Source: Dehalococcoidia bacterium
GTDB taxonomy: Bacteria; Chloroflexota; Dehalococcoidia; Lucifugimonadales; UBA3495
Length of the DNA stretch: 64,000 bases
Direction of reading: 5' to 3'
Assembly: GCA_963664725.1 (NCBI GenBank)
Contig: OY761558.1
Coordinates: forward strand, 1,498,224 to 1,562,223
Shown: positions 47,579 to 59,290 of the stretch, one piece after another
Layout of the letters: each line of letters opens with the position of its first letter
Position numbering within the stretch: position 1 is the stretch's first letter
Translations under genes and position numbers: made by a program
The notes under the pieces: model-generated
The model's database searches: none
What the model was told of the DNA's origin: nothing
The model's input: only the letters and a program-made list of their open reading frames with translations

Positions 47579-48256
47579 ATGAGCGTCGGTCCTTCCCGTA
47601 TAACCAGGCAAATTAACAGGTGGTTGAATAAATTGGAACCTCAGTTTGGCTTGAAGCGTCCCGACCAGGTTAAGGAAGCCCCGGACCAGGGAGAGCGTGT
47701 CCCCCCCGGCCAGTTCCTCAGCAAGCGTTTTCCCGTGCTGACCTATGGCTCAAGGCCCGAGGTGGATATCGGCCTTTGGACCTTTCGGGTGTTTGGCGTG
47801 GTAGACAGGGAAGTTACGCTGAACTGGAAGCAGTTTACGGAACTGGACTGGGTAACCCTGACCGCTGACTTCCACTGCGTTACCCAGTGGAGCGCGCTGG
47901 ACCAGACGTGGGAGGGGGTTCGCGCAGCCACGGCGCTGGATCTGGCCGGGGTGCGTCCCCAGGCGAAATTCGTCATGGCCCACTGTCACGGCGGCTACAC
48001 CACCAACCTGCCCCTGGACATGGTGCTGGAAGAGGGGTTCCTGGCCCACCGGCAAAACGGCGCCGAACTGGGCAAGGACCACGGCTGGCCCCTGCGCCTG
48101 ATCGTCCCAAGCCGCTACGCCTGGAAGAGCGCCAAGTGGGTGAACGGGCTGGAACTTATGACCGAGGACTCTCCGGGCTTCTGGGAGCAGCGGGGCTACA
48201 ACAACAACGCCGACCCCTGGAAGGAGGAACGGTTCTGGCCCGAACTGACCCGTTAG
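47579..48256 (+). CDS. sulfite oxidase-like molybdopterin oxidoreductase (YuiH-like)
   Basis: RVPPGQ, DFHCVTQWS, HGWPLRL, WKSAKW, GFWEQRGY. Confidence 0.92.
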   Translation: MSVGPSRITRQINRWLNKLEPQFGLKRPDQVKEAPDQGERVPPGQFLSKRFPVLTYGSRPEVDIGLWTFRVFGVVDREVTLNWKQFTELDWVTLTADFHCVTQWSALDQTWEGVRAATALDLAGVRPQAKFVMAHCHGGYTTNLPLDMVLEEGFLAHRQNGAELGKDHGWPLRLIVPSRYAWKSAKWVNGLELMTEDSPGFWEQRGYNNNADPWKEERFWPELTR

Positions 48257-48528
48257 CAGCTAACTTCCACAGGTTACCGAACTTTGTCTTCCGCCCCGGT
48301 TTTGCCAGCCGGGGCGGTTGTTTTCGCTGGAAAAGTTCCTGGAGGGGGACAGATTAGCCGGGAGCATCAGAAAGTACGACATTCCTCCTTCCAAATGGCT
48401 CTCCGGTATTGGCAAACTGCATAGTGATACATTATCTTGAATAAGTTCCAATCTGCCTCGGAGTGACCCAATGGTGCGCGGAGCACATGGGCAGGGGCAT
48501 CGCTAAATAGAGTGCTGGAGAAATTAGA

Positions 48529-49264
48529 CATGGCAAGCGCTGAAGAGAATCCGGTCCCCCAGTTAGGCGGTCGGAACAACAACACTGTCTTTCGTCGTAT
48601 GGAGCGTCACGTTCAGGGGAAGACCATCAGCGGGCTCATGGAACTTTTCCCCCTGCTGGTTACCATCCTGGTTATTGGAGTGATAATTGGGTATGCCGAC
48701 AATTTCGTCCATCCCCTGATCAGATTTCTCCCCTGGGAGGCTCCCTTAGTCGGTGGGCTGACGTTTACCGGTGTGGGCCTGATTGTCCTGGCCTTACTCT
48801 TTTATCTGACAGGAATGATCACCTCTTCCCGCGCCGGACGGGCGTTCTTCAACATTACCGGCAAGATTCTGAGCAGGACACCCCTGGTGGGAAGCATATA
48901 CGGTTTGACCCAGACCGTGGCGGCGGTAATGTCTTCCCAGTACCGCTTCAGCCGGGTGGTCTTCCTCGAGTGGCCCAGGGACGGAATGATCGCCCTGGGG
49001 TTTGTGACGGGCCGGGTCGTTTCTCCTTCCACCGGTGAATCCCTGGTGATTATCTATATACCAACGGTCCCCAACCCTACCTCCGGCAATATGGCCATTG
49101 TGGTGGAGGACGACGTATTTGAGACTGACCTTTCCGTTGAGGACGCGATGAAGATGGTCTTTTCGGGGGGCATAGTCGTGCCAGACTCCATTGCCTTTGC
49201 CCGCCTGCCCCGGGAACCCGGCATGCATGAGTTCCTGGGCCGGTTCGATTCGGTAGGGAATTAG
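48529..49264 (+). CDS. DUF502 family protein
   Basis: YIPTVPNPTSG, SVEDAMKMVFSGG; start uncertain. Confidence 0.88.
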
Positions 49265-49366
49265 GGTGGTTTTGCCCTGCGTGGCAACCGCCAGATCGGA
49301 GACTAATGTACACCCCGCTCATCCTGCGCCTGTCGAGGGTTGCATCGAGGCGAGGTGGGGTTCCGA

Positions 49367-49443
49367 TTCAGGTGGTTTCACTTGTTTACCAGGGCAGACA
49401 CATAGGTCTGCCCCTACCGTTCCGATTGTCCATACCACCTGAA
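49367..49443. repeat. REP-containing miniature inverted-repeat element, copy 2
   Basis: Near-identical to 38191-38268; nested in another palindromic pair spanning about 49317-49495. Confidence 0.75.
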
Positions 49444-49662
49444 ACGAAACCTTACCTCGAGGCGGGATGGGGTTTGACAAGCTCACCACGAATGCACTCG
49501 CCTACTTTCCATCAAGGCAGCAATACGGCCCATTGACGCGACCGCCGCGACCATAACAGATTGCCCGCCCGGGAAATGGAACGGGGCTGCCATCCTGAAG
49601 GATGACAACCCCCTTTTGACGCTCCTGATTTCCCGACTTTTCGGGCTGCAAGCACCGGGCGG

Positions 49663-49848
49663 TCAGGCCGCCTTGCGCTGGATAGTTTCCACCACCGGCG
49701 CGGCAGTTGCCGGGAGACCGGCCTGCGGCATAGTTTCGGGCAAGTCCCTGGTGAACCCGCACTGGAGGCAGTTCACGTAACGTCCGTACATATCGGAGGC
49801 CAGAGTCAAAGCCCCCTGGCACTTGGGGCATCCCTTGAGTTTAAGCAT
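49663..49848 (-). CDS. small zinc-ribbon protein
   Basis: AAGGAGG RBS; CPKC..CLQCG. Confidence 0.8.
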   Translation of the reverse strand: MLKLKGCPKCQGALTLASDMYGRYVNCLQCGFTRDLPETMPQAGLPATAAPVVETIQRKAA

Positions 49849-49926
49849 CGCGATTCACCTCCTTGTGGCTGCGACGCAATTGCCACCAACCGGGTCATAG
49901 GAAATATTACACGCGAATAATAAAGG

Positions 49927-49955
49927 TTGACACAACCAATGTCAAGCCTTATTAT
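49927..49955 (+). promoter_or_regulatory. promoter with overlapping inverted repeat (HAIR-like geometry)
   Basis: TTGACA-N7-TGTCAA; TTGACA-17 nt-TATTAT. Confidence 0.65.
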
Positions 49956-50046
49956 TGATTCAGCACTTAGTTCCTGTTTTCACAAGGGGCACTCCCGGGA
50001 GGGAAAGGGTATGTACCAGCGATTTCGCATATGGGTCGACTCTGAT

Positions 50047-50547
50047 ATGGCGGAGCAACCGGGTCAGCGGCCCTTCAATGTGCCGCCTTCGCCACCAGAA
50101 TCGGCTAACCTGAAGAGGGCAGAGGCCCCCCAGGTCCCGGAAGCCCAGCGAAACGGACACGAAAGTGTACGGGGAGAACAATTTGAAGCCGGGATGGAGG
50201 GCGTTTACATCATCAGCGTCGCCGCCCGCATCCTGGATATGCACCCCCAGACCCTGCGCAAGTATGAGCGGCTGGGGCTGATAAATCCGGGCCGCACCGT
50301 AGGTATGCTGCGGCTCTATTCCCGGGAAGACATCCGCAAGGTATTCCTTATCCGGCACCTGATGGAAGACCTGGGGCTGAATCTGGCCGGCGTGGAGTTT
50401 GCCCTGAACCTGGTGGAGAACCTGCATGGCTTCAAGCAGTACCTCAAGGCCGTCTCAGAAGGAACGGAGGTGGAACCCGTCATCGAGCCGGCTATGGCCC
50501 AGCTTTTCCGCAACCTGAACCTGCCCGCGGAGGAGAGCCAGGGCTAG
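50047..50547 (+). CDS. hspR: HspR-like MerR family regulator
   Basis: YIISVAARILDMHPQTLRKYERLGLI.P.RT..RLYS..LGLNLAGV; start uncertain. Confidence 0.88.
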   Translation: MAEQPGQRPFNVPPSPPESANLKRAEAPQVPEAQRNGHESVRGEQFEAGMEGVYIISVAARILDMHPQTLRKYERLGLINPGRTVGMLRLYSREDIRKVFLIRHLMEDLGLNLAGVEFALNLVENLHGFKQYLKAVSEGTEVEPVIEPAMAQLFRNLNLPAEESQG

Positions 50548-50587
50548 AGTTTCATCGGAATATTCCAGTCATCAAAGAGGAAACCCT

Positions 50588-51151
50588 ATGACAAACGGTT
50601 ACAACACCGGCGAAGTGCCGGACCCGCAACAGGAGGAGGCCCAGCCGGAGCCCATTGTGGAATTCGACTCCCTTCCCGTAGAGGAGCAGTTGGCAATCCT
50701 GCGGCGGGACCTGGACGAGGCAAGAGACGAACTGGGCCAGACCAGGGAGCAGGTGCAACGGAGCCAGGCCGACCTGGCCAACTACCGCCGGAGAACCGAA
50801 GAAGAACAGGTCGCCGTCCGCCAGGACGCCAACCGGCGCCTGATTATGAACCTGCTGCCGGTAGTGGATGAACTGGAACTGGCCATCAACCACCTGGGCA
50901 ACGGCGATACCGGCGATTCGTGGGTGGAAGGCGTAAAGCTGATACACCGCAAGGCCTACGGCATCCTGGAATCCGAGGGACTGACCCGGATAGAATCGGT
51001 GGGGGTCCAGTTCGACCCTCTGCAGCACGAGGCGGTAGGCGTAGTTGAATCGGAAGAGCAGCCTTCGGGATTCGTGGTAGAAGCCCTTAGAAACGGCTAC
51101 AAGCTGCGCGACAGGGTCATCCAGGCGGCCCAGGTGGTGGTTGCCAGGTAG
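50588..51151 (+). CDS. grpE: nucleotide exchange factor GrpE
   Basis: ADLANYRRR, LLPVVD, FDPLQHEA, GYKLRDRVI. Confidence 0.95.
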   Translation: MTNGYNTGEVPDPQQEEAQPEPIVEFDSLPVEEQLAILRRDLDEARDELGQTREQVQRSQADLANYRRRTEEEQVAVRQDANRRLIMNLLPVVDELELAINHLGNGDTGDSWVEGVKLIHRKAYGILESEGLTRIESVGVQFDPLQHEAVGVVESEEQPSGFVVEALRNGYKLRDRVIQAAQVVVAR

Positions 51152-51235
51152 GCCGGCAGCATCACCCTTGCAATATTAAACTGAAATTATCGGTTATTAT
51201 CAGAAGCATCGAAAAGAAGCGGAGGAGCAAGAAAA

Positions 51236-53128
<1,893 letters not shown>

Positions 53129-53241
53129 AAATTGTTAAAGGATTGCTACGCCGAATCGGTGAATCTGTTATAATGAAAGGGTACAGTAATAGGGTCGCAG
53201 GTTCGGCCACATCTTCCGATTTACGGGTGGGGGTACAACAA

Positions 53242-53526
53242 ATGACTGGACCAGAGAGCGCAGAGCAGGAAGTAATAAACAGCGAAAGCACTTTCTTCGA
53301 AATTGGGGGTGTTCAGCAGAACGTAACGCCGCTCCAGTACCATTACCTGAGCCTGCTGGAGCGTCTGACCGCTCTCAAAAACACCTATCAGACCGACCCG
53401 GACTACGAGGCCTGGATGATGCAGGCCATCAAAAAGTCCGTCTACAGCGCCTTCCGCGACTGCATCGAGTCCAACATGGGCGACGCGGCCAGGGAGATTC
53501 TGGGGCAGGAGCACCAGGTTAACTAA
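53242..53526 (+). CDS. hypothetical protein
   Basis: Coding-like ORF with TATAAT upstream and a terminator downstream. Confidence 0.7.
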   Translation: MTGPESAEQEVINSESTFFEIGGVQQNVTPLQYHYLSLLERLTALKNTYQTDPDYEAWMMQAIKKSVYSAFRDCIESNMGDAAREILGQEHQVN

Positions 53527-53551
53527 CCCTTAAGGGAATTGTTTATGCATT

Positions 53552-53588
53552 ACGGGCCAGCCCAAATGGGCTGGCCCGTCTTCTTTTC
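53552..53588 (+). terminator. intrinsic terminator
   Basis: acgggccagccc/gggctggcccgt plus T-rich tail. Confidence 0.8.
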
Positions 53589-53639
53589 TGCACTGCAACA
53601 GTAATAACCCATTTTAAATGCTGCAAGGGGATTTTCGTT

Positions 53640-54188
53640 CTATCTCTGACCTTGAAATTGCCCGCTATAGGGGTTATTGGGCGGGACGCCGGTGCGTTCC
53701 AGCACCAACTGTGCGATGGGCATGTTCATTTCCAACTCGATGGAAAAGGGCCCTACATTATAGATTTCCAGATAGAGCTGGCCTTGCCATCCGGCCAGGA
53801 CTGTAGGCGCAGTTACATGTACTGCCAAACCTAAACGCGCCAATGAACTGCGACCTTCAATTCGTCCCGCAATGTCTGGCGCAAACCCGATAAACTCCAG
53901 GGTCTTGCCGATGATCAGACGGCCAGGCTCCAGGGTGTAGGGTCTTCCGGCCTCGATTGTCTCCGGGGTCGACAGTTGTTGAATCAATTGCCGGATGCTT
54001 CTGCCAGCCTGGGTCGGGTTAACCTTTATGCCCGCGGTGGGCGCCTGAGGATAGACCAGTAGTTCCGAGTCAAGAAGGAGATCGACTGAGGAACTGCCTA
54101 TGCGGTCGCTGTCCCTGGGAATTTCAGGTTGAAATTGCAGCCGTCCCTGCTCAATTGCGGCCCTTATCTCCAAGTCGGAAAAGATCAT
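53640..54188 (-). CDS. dcd: dCTP deaminase (trimeric dUTPase fold)
   Basis: MIFSD..SSVDL..EGRSSLARLGL.VHVTA..GWQGQLYLE..YSGQFQGQ. Confidence 0.9.
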   Translation of the reverse strand: MIFSDLEIRAAIEQGRLQFQPEIPRDSDRIGSSSVDLLLDSELLVYPQAPTAGIKVNPTQAGRSIRQLIQQLSTPETIEAGRPYTLEPGRLIIGKTLEFIGFAPDIAGRIEGRSSLARLGLAVHVTAPTVLAGWQGQLYLEIYNVGPFSIELEMNMPIAQLVLERTGVPPNNPYSGQFQGQR

Positions 54189-54194
54189 ACCCTG

Positions 54195-54536
54195 TTACCC
54201 AGCTGAGGAGATCACGGCGATTTTTTCCAGGTCCTCTTTTGACGCATAGAATCTGGTTTGCCCGAAATTTGTGGGAGGGAAAGATACCAGGATTTGCCCG
54301 CCCGATTCTCCCAACAATGCCGCCTTAGCCGTCTTTCCGTCGGTATCTACCCAGGATAGGGGAACAAAAGCAGACTGCTGCCTGTCACCTATTTGAAACC
54401 ATACTTCAGCCTCCTGGGGAGTAGGGAAAGGATCGTTCTCTATGGCAATGTAGGCGAGGTCCACCAGTATCGAGTTGGAGAAATGCCTCAAGCCAGACTG
54501 CGTTATCAGTTCCGTTATGCTTTCGTTGAAAGCCAT
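54195..54536 (-). CDS. hypothetical protein, likely co-transcribed with dcd
   Basis: 6-bp gap to dcd; AT-richer codons. Confidence 0.65.
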   Translation of the reverse strand: MAFNESITELITQSGLRHFSNSILVDLAYIAIENDPFPTPQEAEVWFQIGDRQQSAFVPLSWVDTDGKTAKAALLGESGGQILVSFPPTNFGQTRFYASKEDLEKIAVISSAG

Positions 54537-54577
54537 ATAGCACCTGATTTTGTATAAACAATAACAATATTATGTTT

Positions 54578-54606
54578 AAAATGCATTAGTCGCAACAATG
54601 CATTTT
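54578..54606. promoter_or_regulatory. operator-like inverted repeat
   Basis: AAAATGCATT-N9-AATGCATTTT in an AT-rich promoter region. Confidence 0.55.
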
Positions 54607-54707
54607 GAATACTCACACTATACATTAACCGCAAGAGTGGCCGAAACCCCCAACTGTCAGTGCTCGTCTCATAGACTCGCGAAATTTGCGTGTCGAAGGT
54701 ACACACT

Positions 54708-55832
54708 TCACCCCAGCCCGTGCCTCACCAGTACTTCCCGCTTCAGTTCTGCCACGCCGTCTTCCAGGTAGCGTTGGGCTTCCTGGCGATAGTTGGCGGG
54801 AACGTCCGGGGCTACGGTGTCGCGCAGGTTGGGAGTGGGGTACTGGTCGGAGACGGCTTCGGGGATGCGGTCGGGCCATTCGGTGTCCAGCATGACGCCG
54901 TAGGCCAGGGTCCAGCAGCGGGCCACGGCGCCTATGTCGTAACCGCCGCCACCCAGGGCAAGCCAGGGAAGGCCCAGCGTCGCAAATTCCCGGATAATTT
55001 CCACGTAGCCACGGGACGTCAGCTGAAGGTGGGTTATGGGGTCGGAGTGGTAGCTGTCAATGCCCAGCTGGGTTACCAGCACGTCTGGGGCGAAGGCGCG
55101 AATCAGGGGCGGCACCACCTCGCGGAAGGCCCACAGGTACAGGTCGTCACCGGTGTAGGGGAACAGGGGCACGTTGATGGAATAGCCGGTCCCGTCTCCA
55201 GCGCCCGAGTCGGAAACGAAACCCGTGCCGGGGAACAGGTACCGGCCCGACTCGTGGATAGAGATGGTCAAGACCCGATCGTCGTGATAGAAGACGTCCT
55301 GCACCCCGTCGCCGTGGTGGGCGTCCACGTCCACGTAGGCCACGCGCATTCCCCGCTCCAGGAAGTACTTGATGGCAATGGCGGGGTCGTTGAAGATGCA
55401 GAACCCGTAGGCGTGGGTTGGCGCGGCATGGTGCAGGCCGCCGGAAATGGAGAAGGCCACGTCCACCCGCTGTCCCGCCACCAGTTCGGCGGCCACCAGG
55501 GTAGCGCCGGAACTCAGTGTGGCAGCGTCGTACATGCCGGGATAGACGGGGTTGTCACCCAGGGCGCTGAAGCCAAACCGCTCCGGCGGCACGGTGGGCA
55601 GGCCGGCGCTCAGATCCCGGACTGCGGCGATGTACTCGGGGGTGTGGACCCACTCCAGTTCCTCCTCAGTGGCGGAACGGGGATTGATGAGCCGGGACGT
55701 GTCGCCATCGAATGCGCCGTAGGCTGATAGCAGTTCGTGGGTAAGGCGCAGGCGCACGGGACGCATGGGGTGGTCGGAACGCAGAACGTGCTGGGAAAGG
55801 GCGTCATCGTAGACGAAAGCGGCGTTGGGCAT
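54708..55832 (-). CDS. acuC: AcuC/histone deacetylase family protein
   Basis: HPMRP.R, GGLHHA, GFCIFND, DVDAHHGDG, FPGTG, GGGGY. Confidence 0.92.
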   Translation of the reverse strand: MPNAAFVYDDALSQHVLRSDHPMRPVRLRLTHELLSAYGAFDGDTSRLINPRSATEEELEWVHTPEYIAAVRDLSAGLPTVPPERFGFSALGDNPVYPGMYDAATLSSGATLVAAELVAGQRVDVAFSISGGLHHAAPTHAYGFCIFNDPAIAIKYFLERGMRVAYVDVDAHHGDGVQDVFYHDDRVLTISIHESGRYLFPGTGFVSDSGAGDGTGYSINVPLFPYTGDDLYLWAFREVVPPLIRAFAPDVLVTQLGIDSYHSDPITHLQLTSRGYVEIIREFATLGLPWLALGGGGYDIGAVARCWTLAYGVMLDTEWPDRIPEAVSDQYPTPNLRDTVAPDVPANYRQEAQRYLEDGVAELKREVLVRHGLG

Positions 55833-55856
55833 GGGGCACCTCGCAGGAATTCTTGC

Positions 55857-55945
55857 CCACGAATATACACGAACGGGCCCTGATAATGGGCAACTGGCCT
55901 GCCTTCCTGCCGTGTACATTCGGGGCAATTCGTGTATATTCGTGG
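55857..55945. repeat. CACGAA 10-bp-period inverted repeat pair
   Basis: ccacgaatatacacgaa..ttcgtgtatattcgtgg; half copies near 9276, 16757, 29661. Confidence 0.75.
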
Positions 55946-55985
55946 AAAACTTTTCTCAACCTCTTCTTGGGTATCACAGTCTGCC

Positions 55986-57410
55986 ATGACACCACAACTC
56001 GCCACTCGTCTGTTCGGAGAATCCTTCCAGTTCCTGACTCTCGCCAAGCTGGCCGCTGGCATTGCCCTGTTCCTGGCGGTACTGTGGATGCCGCGGCCGG
56101 AAGGTCTGACTCCGGAGGGACAAAAGGCGCTGGCGGTGATGGTCCTGGCGGTGGTCTTCTGGGCTACGGAGGCGCTACCTATCTCGGTAACCGGCCTGCT
56201 GGGCGTGGTGCTGTTGATTGTGCTGGGGGCCGTGCCCGGGGCGGTTGAAGGGCTTTACGGCTTCTCCCAGCCCGTCTCCTACTTCCTGGTCGGCATTCTG
56301 ACCATCGGGCTGGCGGTGCAGCGGTCGGGACTGGCCGAGCGGGTTGCGGTATTCCTCATCAGGGGCGCAGGCGGCAAGCCTGGCCTGCTCTACGTCCAGA
56401 TGCTGTTCTCCTTCGCCCTGCTTACCTTTGCATTGCCTTCGGCCAGCACCCGGGGCGCGATCATGGTGCATATCTATGCCCAGGTGATGGAGCGGTGGGG
56501 CGTCCCCCAGGATCACAAGTACTACCGGGCGCTGATGCTGTCGCTGGGGAGCATGAACCGGCTGGGTTCCACGGCGCTGTTGGCCGGCGGCATAACGCCG
56601 GTGGTAGCTTCGGCCCTGCTGGGCGATTTCTCCTGGTCGGGCTGGTTTATCCTGATGGCCGTGCCCTTTTACGCCAACCTGGCTGTGGGCGGCGTGCTCA
56701 TGTTCCTGCTGTACCGCCAGGGGTTTCGGCTGGACGTCTCGCAGGCCGACGTGCAGCTGGACACGGGCCCGGTGAGGGAAGTGGAGTACCGGGCCGGGAT
56801 CATCGTCCTGGCCACTGCGGCGCTGTGGTTCACCGACTTTGCCCACGGGATGCACCCGGTGGTGCCCGCCCTGATCGCCCTGGTGCTGATACTGCTGCCC
56901 CGGGTGGGCCTGCTGAGCTGGCAGGACTTTGAACGCAACCTGGGATGGGTCAACTTCTTCGTCATTGCCACGTCGCTGTCGCTGGCCCACACCCTGGTGG
57001 TTACCGGGGCCGCCGGGTGGTTTTCCGAGACGCTGGTGGGGGGCGCCACCCAGGTGCAGGACAGCCCCTTGCTGGTGCTGCTGGCCCTTTCCATCTGCGC
57101 CGCCGTGATTCGGTTGATGATGCCCAACATCGCGGGCTACCTGGCCTTTGCGATTCCTGTAGCAATGGCCAGCGGGGAAGCCCTGGGGCTGAATCCGCTG
57201 GTGTGCGGCATGGCCGTGGTGGTGGTGGGCGATTCACTGGTCTACTACAGCGCTGCCGGAACTGCCTCCGTCTTCATCTTCCAGCAGGCCAACATAAAGA
57301 ACCCGGAAATTTTCCGGTGGGCCGTGGTGATGACGGTGGTGGCAATAGCGGTAGTGTTCCTGGTGGCCGTGCCCTACTGGACGATGCTGGGGGAGCCGCT
57401 GACACGGTGA
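55986..57410 (+). CDS. SLC13/DASS family anion transporter
   Basis: WATEALP..VT, SGLAER, PSASTR, many TM segments. Confidence 0.88.
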   Translation: MTPQLATRLFGESFQFLTLAKLAAGIALFLAVLWMPRPEGLTPEGQKALAVMVLAVVFWATEALPISVTGLLGVVLLIVLGAVPGAVEGLYGFSQPVSYFLVGILTIGLAVQRSGLAERVAVFLIRGAGGKPGLLYVQMLFSFALLTFALPSASTRGAIMVHIYAQVMERWGVPQDHKYYRALMLSLGSMNRLGSTALLAGGITPVVASALLGDFSWSGWFILMAVPFYANLAVGGVLMFLLYRQGFRLDVSQADVQLDTGPVREVEYRAGIIVLATAALWFTDFAHGMHPVVPALIALVLILLPRVGLLSWQDFERNLGWVNFFVIATSLSLAHTLVVTGAAGWFSETLVGGATQVQDSPLLVLLALSICAAVIRLMMPNIAGYLAFAIPVAMASGEALGLNPLVCGMAVVVVGDSLVYYSAAGTASVFIFQQANIKNPEIFRWAVVMTVVAIAVVFLVAVPYWTMLGEPLTR

Positions 57411-57558
57411 TGACGTCGGCCCCTCTCACCGTGGCGATTGACGGAATAGGGGGAGCGTTCCGATCCAGACGTTAATGTGGCGTTGGACGGGGCAGAAACA
57501 CAGGTCTGCCCCAACGCCAACATCGAACCGAATCCCCGAAATTGAACGCTGCCAGGAA

Positions 57559-58971
57559 TCAGCCGATCCTGGCGGGCCACACAGGTTCGTGGTAGCCCAG
57601 GGGCACCGACGGACGGGCCCAGTAGGGCGTGCTCTCCGACAACTCCACCGTAGGGGCCAGGTGCTTGAGTGAGCCGCCGGGGACTTCGCTTACGGTGGAC
57701 CAGGCCTCAATCTCCTCGGGCGTCAGGTCGGACGGAATACCGGCCAGTTCATCCTCGGGCACCTGCCCCTGTCCCACCAGCCAGCGGCCCGTCTGGGCCA
57801 GGGAGAGCCGTACCAGCCAGCTTCCGCCCTCGGTGGCGCGTCGGGCCAGGGCGGTGAGCGCGCCGTAGGCCATCAGGTAGCCGGTCAGGTAATCTATCGC
57901 CGACACCGGGTAGAACTGGGGCCCCGGCTCGGCGCCCGGGAACAGTTCACCCTGCCGGTGGGTGATGCCGCTGACGGTCTGGATAACCGTGTCGAAACCC
58001 CGGCGGTCGGACCACGGCCCCACCCGTCCGAAGGCGCACAGGGAAACGTAGATGATGCCGGGGCGGATGGCGGCCAGGTCTTCGGGAGACAGTCCGCGCT
58101 GGGCCAGGGTGTTGGGGCGGTACCCCTGGGAGAATATGTCGGCCTCCCGCACCAGCCCCCGCAGGGTTTCCAGATCCTGACCCTGCCGCAGGTCTAGGTG
58201 AGCGGAAAGCTTGCCGTGGCCGGTGTCGTGTTCCTGGCCCTCGTTGAAGGGCAGGTGGGGGCCGGCAATCTTCATCACGTCGGCCCCGTGCTCGGCCAGG
58301 GTGCGGGCGCAGGTGGGGCCGGCCAGCACCCGGGTCAGGTCCAGCACCCTTATGCCGGACAGGGGACGGTCGCCCTCGGGCAGGGGCTGCGGCGGGGCGT
58401 CGCCGATCTTGTCGATCTCCAGCAGGGGAAGGGAAGCCACCGCCGCCGACTGGGGATGCTGGGCCCATTCCTGCATGGTGCGGACCATACCGCCGGCGCC
58501 CCGGGCGGCGATGATAGCCTCTTCCAGTTCCCGGGCGTCCCACTGGGCCACGGCCTGCCGGACGGCTTCCTTATTTTCCTCCACGCCCAGTACGCTGAGC
58601 GCGGCCTCGCGGTGGTTGGGGAAGTTGCAGTGCAGGTAGCTCCAGCGCTCGTTCTTTGCGGGATAGACCCCCATAACGGCGTTGCGCTCACCCGCCGCCG
58701 GCTGGCCGTTCAGGGTCATGTAGCGGCTGCTGCGCAGGGACGCGGTGGCCCGACGAGCGTTGACCCCCACTTCCTGCCGCTGCCCGGAGCGAAGTTCCCA
58801 CAGGTCGGAGACGGCCAGGCCCACAGCCGCCAGGCTGGCCGCGGCGGCCGAGCCGATGCGGAAGGGCGTGGGCAGGATGGGGTCCACGCCGCCGGAGAAT
58901 TCAATGTCGCCTAACTTTTCCTGGTTCAGGTAGGGGATGGAGTTCAGGGCAAATTCGGTGTAGGTGGTCAT
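57559..58971 (-). CDS. CoA-transferase family III (CaiB/BaiF)
   Basis: PLSGIRVLDLTRVLAGP, GKLS..LDL, RRGFD. Confidence 0.92.
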   Translation of the reverse strand: MTTYTEFALNSIPYLNQEKLGDIEFSGGVDPILPTPFRIGSAAAASLAAVGLAVSDLWELRSGQRQEVGVNARRATASLRSSRYMTLNGQPAAGERNAVMGVYPAKNERWSYLHCNFPNHREAALSVLGVEENKEAVRQAVAQWDARELEEAIIAARGAGGMVRTMQEWAQHPQSAAVASLPLLEIDKIGDAPPQPLPEGDRPLSGIRVLDLTRVLAGPTCARTLAEHGADVMKIAGPHLPFNEGQEHDTGHGKLSAHLDLRQGQDLETLRGLVREADIFSQGYRPNTLAQRGLSPEDLAAIRPGIIYVSLCAFGRVGPWSDRRGFDTVIQTVSGITHRQGELFPGAEPGPQFYPVSAIDYLTGYLMAYGALTALARRATEGGSWLVRLSLAQTGRWLVGQGQVPEDELAGIPSDLTPEEIEAWSTVSEVPGGSLKHLAPTVELSESTPYWARPSVPLGYHEPVWPARIG

Positions 58972-59290
58972 AGGAAGGCTGCTCCTTGGGTGGAGTTGGG
59001 TTACAGGGGTGGGTTTAAGCCAATAATACAGGATGAGACGGGCACAGGATACGGGATTGTCTGGTTGTGGCAGGCTTACGCATGGGTTGGCTTTACCTGG
59101 GAAAATCAGCCACACGGGCTGCCCCTGCGCAGTCTTCGAACCATACCACCTGATTTGGAACGCTTGCGGCGATTGCCCCCGTTTGTGTACATATCTACCA
59201 GTCAACTATAATTGTCCGAACCACCCACGCCGCGGCATTGGGTTTCCCCTGAACAGAATAGAATGGCAGTCGCGGCTTCAGGACTTATTG

